In this document: piece after piece, positions 48,501 through 52,231 of the stretch
Numbering within the stretch: position 1 is the stretch's first letter
How the letters are laid out: each line of letters opens with the position of its first letter
IMG/VR virus record: IMGVR_UViG_3300033182_000152
Coordinates: 1-52,231 of that record
Length of the DNA stretch: 52,231 nucleotides
Direction: 5' to 3' (one strand)
Origin: a virus
Taxonomy: Duplodnaviria; Caudoviricetes
Made by a program: the position numbers and the translations under genes
The notes under the pieces: model-generated
What the model saw: the letters and a program-made list of their open reading frames with translations, nothing else
Told to the model about the DNA's origin: nothing
The model's database searches: none

Positions 48501-50038
48501 CGGTTAGTTGTTAGTTTACCTGCGCCAACATAACCAAAGTTTTGACTTATTAAACGTAAACTTACTCCCGGACCTTCAGCAACAACACCACTGTCACCGT
48601 AAACAATAGCTGAACCAATTGATCTTAATTCAGCACCAAATTCAAATTTTGTTACTTCAACAATACGCTCTGCTTGTACACCAGATACAATACCAATAAT
48701 AGAACCACCTTGTCCAGGTTGTGGTGTAAAGTCAACACCGTCTAGTCCTGTATAAAGTCCTGAAACAGCAAGTGTGTTAGTACCAACGTCCCAACTTACA
48801 ATTTGGAATTCTGATACTGTTGATCCGTCTGTTGAAGTGTAACGTACTGTTTCGCCTGGAATAAAGTTTCCACCAGTTACGTTGTCAACAATAACATAAG
48901 TTCTACCAGATCCGCCCCAACCAACTGTGTCGGTAGTTGCGTGTACTGCTTTGTCTGCTAGGTATACAAACGAGTTAAGCATTTCCATTCTAACACCGTT
49001 TGTTAGAACAATACCAGTTTGACCTGGAGTAAACAATGTAACTTCGTTAATAAGGAAACTTGGTTCAATAGCAGATCTGTTTATATATTGAGCGTCTGCT
49101 TTAATACCTCTACCAGCATCTCTTGAGTCAAATCCATAAGGGTCGTCTGTAGAGTTTAGTCCTAATCTTACGCTCGATCCAAAGTTAAGAACTGTTACGT
49201 TCATTATGTATGGACCACGTTCAAATGTTGCTGTTGTTGATTCGTCAAAACAGAACGCATAACCTCTGTCGTTAACTACGTCGTATTCCATTTCGCGAAC
49301 TGTTAAATCTTTTACTGTGCCGCCGCCTCTAAATTGAAAACCGTTTTGTGTGCGTGTAGCAGCAGTTGGTTTAATCTGTGTTGAACGTATGCCTTGACCT
49401 GTAATGCTTACGCCTGGATAAACTGTTAATGGAAATACTTCTTCAAACGTACCTGAGCCAATTTTAATTGTATCTCCGTTACGTGCTAATACAAGTGCTT
49501 GTCTAACTGTACGGAAAGCATCTTGCATACTTTCACCAGTGTTACCGTCTGAACCGTTTTCAGTAACCCAGTAAACATTTCCTTCTTTTTTGGTAATGTC
49601 AGTACCGTTAGCATAAATGCCGCCAGTACCAGCACTGTTTAAGTATAGTGAAGTATTTGAATCAAGTGCTGAAATACCTGTAGCAGCACCGTCACCGTCT
49701 AATCTTAAGTTGTTAATGTCAACAACTTCACCAGTAAAGGTAGTTGCTGTTTCACCAACAGTAAGCAAGTTGTTAATAACAACGTTGCCCGTACCACTTG
49801 CTCTTAAAATAATATCACCGTTTGAATATTGCGGTTCTAATATTGTTGTTTGTACGTTTGTTACGTTTAATGTATCAGATATAGCAGCACTACCAGCAAC
49901 GTCTAATTCTGCTGTAGGTCTTGACGTTTTACCTACTGCTAATTTGCTGTCGGAAGTAACTTCTCCGTATCTATTAATTTTAAGAGCTTCGTCTTTTACA
50001 TTTTTAGAAGCAACCGTGGTACGCTTTAAATACTTCAT
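45503..50038 (-). CDS. Large virion fibre/spike protein with beta-helix domain (1511 aa)
   Basis: YWVTENGSDGNTG...AFRTVRQAL...GDTIKIGSGTFEE beta-helix entry, two RFNT...EGY.G.AWSSLGGV.D.DGDTYI.PE..PGSN copies, C-terminal GAVV..GG.GV repeats and terminal IDGGTY. Confidence 0.75.
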   Translation of the reverse strand: MKYLKRTTVASKNVKDEALKINRYGEVTSDSKLAVGKTSRPTAELDVAGSAAISDTLNVTNVQTTILEPQYSNGDIILRASGTGNVVINNLLTVGETATTFTGEVVDINNLRLDGDGAATGISALDSNTSLYLNSAGTGGIYANGTDITKKEGNVYWVTENGSDGNTGESMQDAFRTVRQALVLARNGDTIKIGSGTFEEVFPLTVYPGVSITGQGIRSTQIKPTAATRTQNGFQFRGGGTVKDLTVREMEYDVVNDRGYAFCFDESTTATFERGPYIMNVTVLNFGSSVRLGLNSTDDPYGFDSRDAGRGIKADAQYINRSAIEPSFLINEVTLFTPGQTGIVLTNGVRMEMLNSFVYLADKAVHATTDTVGWGGSGRTYVIVDNVTGGNFIPGETVRYTSTDGSTVSEFQIVSWDVGTNTLAVSGLYTGLDGVDFTPQPGQGGSIIGIVSGVQAERIVEVTKFEFGAELRSIGSAIVYGDSGVVAEGPGVSLRLISQNFGYVGAGKLTTNRASDAIQGNEVVELTGAKVRYTSVDHLGDFRVGDLFYVSQETGVVQIDGEGLNFGALAGGLVFDDGVGNKSTITSTEVTTENVNGKSTLIGTSLEASAFFEFDVLEDFSLTSQESGILLDAGGNSTYVLQPGDIRAEGLSVQLIGNTVIGSDPVNEGDPIPHTLQIKAAVEGNIQPDPTFTGIWDLGAPDAVWGNVYASKLLVDDLQIENNKIYVNNTNQDIEIEPSGAGRVFLGGTTFAVVPTGNTPERGANPVTGGIRFNTQIQQFEGYQGTAWSSLGGVKDIDGDTYITPEVTPGSNDNRFDIYAGGVLVGEWNQTDLTVNTTRFTNNNFTFENDVMKVTDPNVDYRFEITPGGTGEFFFSKTINVDGDINLPGGTISAPNATLQVTSIAATNFASNIIPDVNLAYDIGHSTSTFNELYVNNITTENFRIFQNRMSTIDTNSDFEFDTAGSGQFRFLGNSAVVVPTGSNANRPIGEIGQVRFNTDTNQYEGYNGVAWSSLGGVRDVDGDTYILPELSPGSNENTLFFYGGGIELARLTNQGWQGGILVDNNISLEGNALKTTISNSDLDVTAQGTGVINLNNTTNVTGDLTVSLVSYLPRIFVATSTADRIAYFDANNELRTSDNVQFDDTEVIINVPTQINDNTTVDGIFSVTNTINTPNASIDFLTVNEDAFFTKNIYMDQLGIFGTRITTQETNAPLQLDASGTGRVISMTNMNVEGELYIEGDIYGNQTTQNVFNTTATTVNAFGASTYTSFGNAAGTTRFNSNQGSNAYNTGAVVIGGGLGVGENVNIAGDLNVDGQDITTNNQNFNLLVNNIQNLNAFNSATGILFGSLTGTTTIQSTADSSSAASGSLVVDGGVGIAKNLYVDGILNAANTTDSTSTTTGSIVTDGGVGITKSLNVGGTVNVADATESTDSTTGAVILEGGLAVKKQLNVAGTTTKFESTEESSNTITGAVVVAGGIGVGRDIYLGQDLEGSGIDLSYINNFTIDGGTY

Positions 50039-50040
50039 TC

Positions 50041-50373
50041 TTATACTCTCACATAACTAGATGTAACGGTAATAGCGTTAGCCGCACTTGCGATAACTTG
50101 TATACTATCGTTTTCTTCTAGTACAAACTTTTCTGTATCTAAACTAAAACTTTCGCCTGCGGGGACTGATAAATCTTTCATTATCATATTATCGTCACCT
50201 GCTGCTTCAGTAGCGGCTACAACATGAAGATCAACTAACACATCAGTAGAGTTAGTTGTATTACATAGAATCATAATGGTAACAGCGATGTCGTTGCCGC
50301 CCCCTACTACTTGGCTATTAGTTAATACCTCAGTTGGGTTAGTTGTTGTAATTCTTTGATTTGATATAGCCAT
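50041..50373 (-). CDS. Small beta-rich virion protein (hypothetical)
   Basis: 110 aa with ILCNT, VPAGES and LEENDSIQV, a pattern common among phage fibre-region small proteins. SD AAGGA. Confidence 0.65.
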   Translation of the reverse strand: MAISNQRITTTNPTEVLTNSQVVGGGNDIAVTIMILCNTTNSTDVLVDLHVVAATEAAGDDNMIMKDLSVPAGESFSLDTEKFVLEENDSIQVIASAANAITVTSSYVRV

Positions 50374-50385
50374 TTTTGTTTATCC

Positions 50386-51489
50386 TTAAAATAGCAATCC
50401 GTAAATGATTGCTTTTCTTCTACTTGCTAATTCGTCTCTACCTTCTTCTGTAGCAGCATACAAGCCAGTACCGCCACCTCCAACTTCAGCAGCATATAAT
50501 TTTGTTCCTGTGCCAGGTGGTGGTAAAGCAGGATCTCCTGCGTTTCTTACCATTAAAAAGTCATCTGTAACAACTACACTACCAGAACCAGTTACTGATA
50601 AAGTTAAATTAGTATTTGTACCAAAACTTTCAAGTAATGTTCCATCTGGAGTGTTTTTAATTCTTAAGCCGTCGCCTGAACCTGGGCCACCATCTGTAGC
50701 ATAAAATTCAAAACCATCTTCTACTGTTGCTCTAAAAACTTCATTTCCGTTAATCTGCCAGTCAATCTGACTGTTTTGTGTCCAAGCATTAACACCGTCT
50801 TGTTTTACAGTGATACGTGTAGCAACAATTTCTTGTCCGGTATTAGGATCATAATCAATAGCAGCAAGTGACGGAATACCAATAGTATTTACATAGTCGC
50901 CAATTTTCCAATCAACGTATGCTTTGTTTGTTAGTATGTTATCGTCGCCGCCTGTTGAAAATCCTGCTGCACGCGGATCAACTGCTTCAGCGTACTGATT
51001 GTTGTAAGCTCTTACAACACCAGTAGTACCAAAGCCTGCTAGTATCATATCGTGTCCTGTAGACACAATTAATCCTGAAGCCTTTATAGGTTGAGTAACT
51101 TCAATACGTTGCCCTTGCCCGTTAAATTCTTCTGTGAACGCATTAAACGCACCATCGTGTGATACTCCTTGAGCGTCAGACCATGTTATGGTTTCATCCC
51201 AAGTAAAATAACTATCAGGTACGCCTGCTCCACGATTGATGTGTATTCCGGATTTTTCAAAACTAACACCCGGACCTGGATCACCTTCGTTTAAAGTAAT
51301 AATAGGGTCTTTAATTGTTGTAATAGTAGACTCGATAGTTGATGTGTTACCTTCAACTATCAAGTTACCTTTAATAACAACTTCGCCTGTACTGTTTCCA
51401 CCTGGATCTAAAATAATTTCCCCAGGAGTTAAAGCAGTACCTACTTTAACTTTGTAATCACCATTTGGAACACTAACGAGTTTGAGCAT
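50386..51489 (-). CDS. Virion structural protein (hypothetical)
   Basis: GNLIVEGNTSTI...IKDPIITLN..SGIHINRG segment similar to one in the 1516-aa fibre. C-terminal DELASRRKAIIYGLLF. Confidence 0.65.
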   Translation of the reverse strand: MLKLVSVPNGDYKVKVGTALTPGEIILDPGGNSTGEVVIKGNLIVEGNTSTIESTITTIKDPIITLNEGDPGPGVSFEKSGIHINRGAGVPDSYFTWDETITWSDAQGVSHDGAFNAFTEEFNGQGQRIEVTQPIKASGLIVSTGHDMILAGFGTTGVVRAYNNQYAEAVDPRAAGFSTGGDDNILTNKAYVDWKIGDYVNTIGIPSLAAIDYDPNTGQEIVATRITVKQDGVNAWTQNSQIDWQINGNEVFRATVEDGFEFYATDGGPGSGDGLRIKNTPDGTLLESFGTNTNLTLSVTGSGSVVVTDDFLMVRNAGDPALPPPGTGTKLYAAEVGGGGTGLYAATEEGRDELASRRKAIIYGLLF

Positions 51490-51510
51490 TTAATTTACCT
51501 TATAAAGTTA

Positions 51511-51912
51511 TTATGGTGTTTCGTCACCTTCAAAGTCGTCAGCGTTAGTTAAACTTGCGTCATCACCTGCTTCTTCAACTTCTACAGTATCACCAGTACC
51601 GGTAAAGTCCCAATTAATACGTGAACCATTATCCATAGTTACCATACGTCCAGAAATTTTAGTTACTTGACGTGCTGTGCCGCCATCACTAACAGTGATA
51701 GACATCTGACCTGCGGTTAATGCTGCGGCTGCTGCATCTGTTAAGAAACAATCTTTTGTTGCTGTACCGTCTGTACAACGGAACTTTTTAGAACCTAATT
51801 GCTTAACAATCCAACCCGGAACACTTGATGTGCCGTTGTGAAATTGAACTTTAATTTCGTTGCCTCCAGCAGTAGGTGTGCCGAAGTATCTTTTGTTGAG
51901 TGGTCTTCCCAT
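51511..51912 (-). CDS. Hypothetical late protein downstream of the capsid gene
   Basis: 133 aa with strong SD AAGGAG and its own GATAAATA box. Confidence 0.7.
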   Translation of the reverse strand: MGRPLNKRYFGTPTAGGNEIKVQFHNGTSSVPGWIVKQLGSKKFRCTDGTATKDCFLTDAAAAALTAGQMSITVSDGGTARQVTKISGRMVTMDNGSRINWDFTGTGDTVEVEEAGDDASLTNADDFEGDETP

Positions 51913-51925
51913 TTGTTTTCTCCTT

Positions 51926-51998
51926 AATAAGTTGACGTTCTAGGTCTACGCGGCGGGTACCGCATAAGTCCTCATCTTAGAGGCTCTCCTCTTTGACA
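51926..51998 (-). other. Candidate structured 5' leader RNA
   Basis: GC-rich leader with hairpins UAUGCGG/CCGCGUA and competing AGAGG/CCUCU versus CCUC/GAGG pairings. Confidence 0.4.
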
Positions 51999-52002
51999 CA
52001 AG

Positions 52003-52010
52003 TATTTATC
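52003..52010 (-). promoter_or_regulatory. Late promoter box GATAAATA
   Basis: Immediately after the terminator U-tract and upstream of the structured leader. Confidence 0.6.
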
Positions 52011-52042
52011 AAAAAGAAAAAAAGCCCGCAGGCAGCGGGCTT
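52011..52042 (-). terminator. Second intrinsic terminator after the capsid gene
   Basis: Stem AAGCCCGC/GCGGGCTT, 5-nt loop, long U-rich tract on the minus strand. Confidence 0.8.
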
Positions 52043-52072
52043 GGAATGTTTACTTATTCATCAAAAGGTCGT

Positions 52073-52101
52073 AAAAAAAGGGTGCCTAAGCACCCTTTTT
52101 T
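52073..52101. terminator. Bidirectional intrinsic terminator directly after the capsid gene
   Basis: AAAAAAGGGTGC-CTAA-GCACCCTTTTTT. Confidence 0.85.
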
Positions 52102-52123
52102 ATTTGCGTTATAACTCTAACTA

Positions 52124-52231
52124 TTAAGAGAAAGTAACGTTAGACACGCTAACTCTTTCAACATAGTCAGCAGCATTACCTAGTGATGATGCTGTGTTGT
52201 TAAGTTCAACATAACCATAACGTGTCATGAA
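52124..52231 (-). CDS. gp23: Major capsid protein (T4 gp23-like), 3' end only
   Basis: Manual translation FMTRYGYVELNNTASSLGNAADYVERVSVSNVTFS*. FxTRYG is the conserved gp23 C-terminal motif, and strong terminators follow. Confidence 0.8.
   Translation of the reverse strand, partial: FMTRYGYVELNNTASSLGNAADYVERVSVSNVTFS

Noticed and set aside
51950-51985. Hammerhead ribozyme in the structured leader (…AAGAUGAG…)
   Set aside because: It lacks the CUGAUGA and GAAA core.
1-52231. tRNA/rRNA genes or stop-codon reassignment
   Set aside because: No cloverleaf was seen in the short intergenic gaps. Genes are long and densely packed under the standard code.

Overview
The window is a late (virion morphogenesis) region of a large T4-like myovirus. 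It carries a partial LysM protein, a probable small terminase, gp4-like head-completion nuclease, tail tube and tube-like proteins, an enlarged tail sheath, gp13/gp14/gp15-like neck proteins, fibre-like proteins of 1516, 4132 and 1511 aa, and the 3' end of the gp23-like major capsid gene. T4-type late boxes (NNTAAATA) precede most transcription units. Between gp15 and the 4132-aa fibre lies a ~14 kb, two-armed convergent cluster (19059-33027). It encodes nine radical-SAM-type proteins (four canonical SPASM-like, five of an atypical 'GPTD' paralogue family), two Fe(II)/2OG oxygenases, a NUDIX hydrolase, three unknown proteins and two paralogous ~125-aa proteins ending in C-H-x-S-C-H-Y-S-C-H-G-S-R-G-R-R. 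This looks like a phage-encoded RiPP-type or virion-protein modification system wired into late expression. The 4132-aa fibre also carries nine 142-167-aa repeats with a phycobiliprotein-like CxRDxG motif. All calls come from reading motifs by eye; no searches were run.
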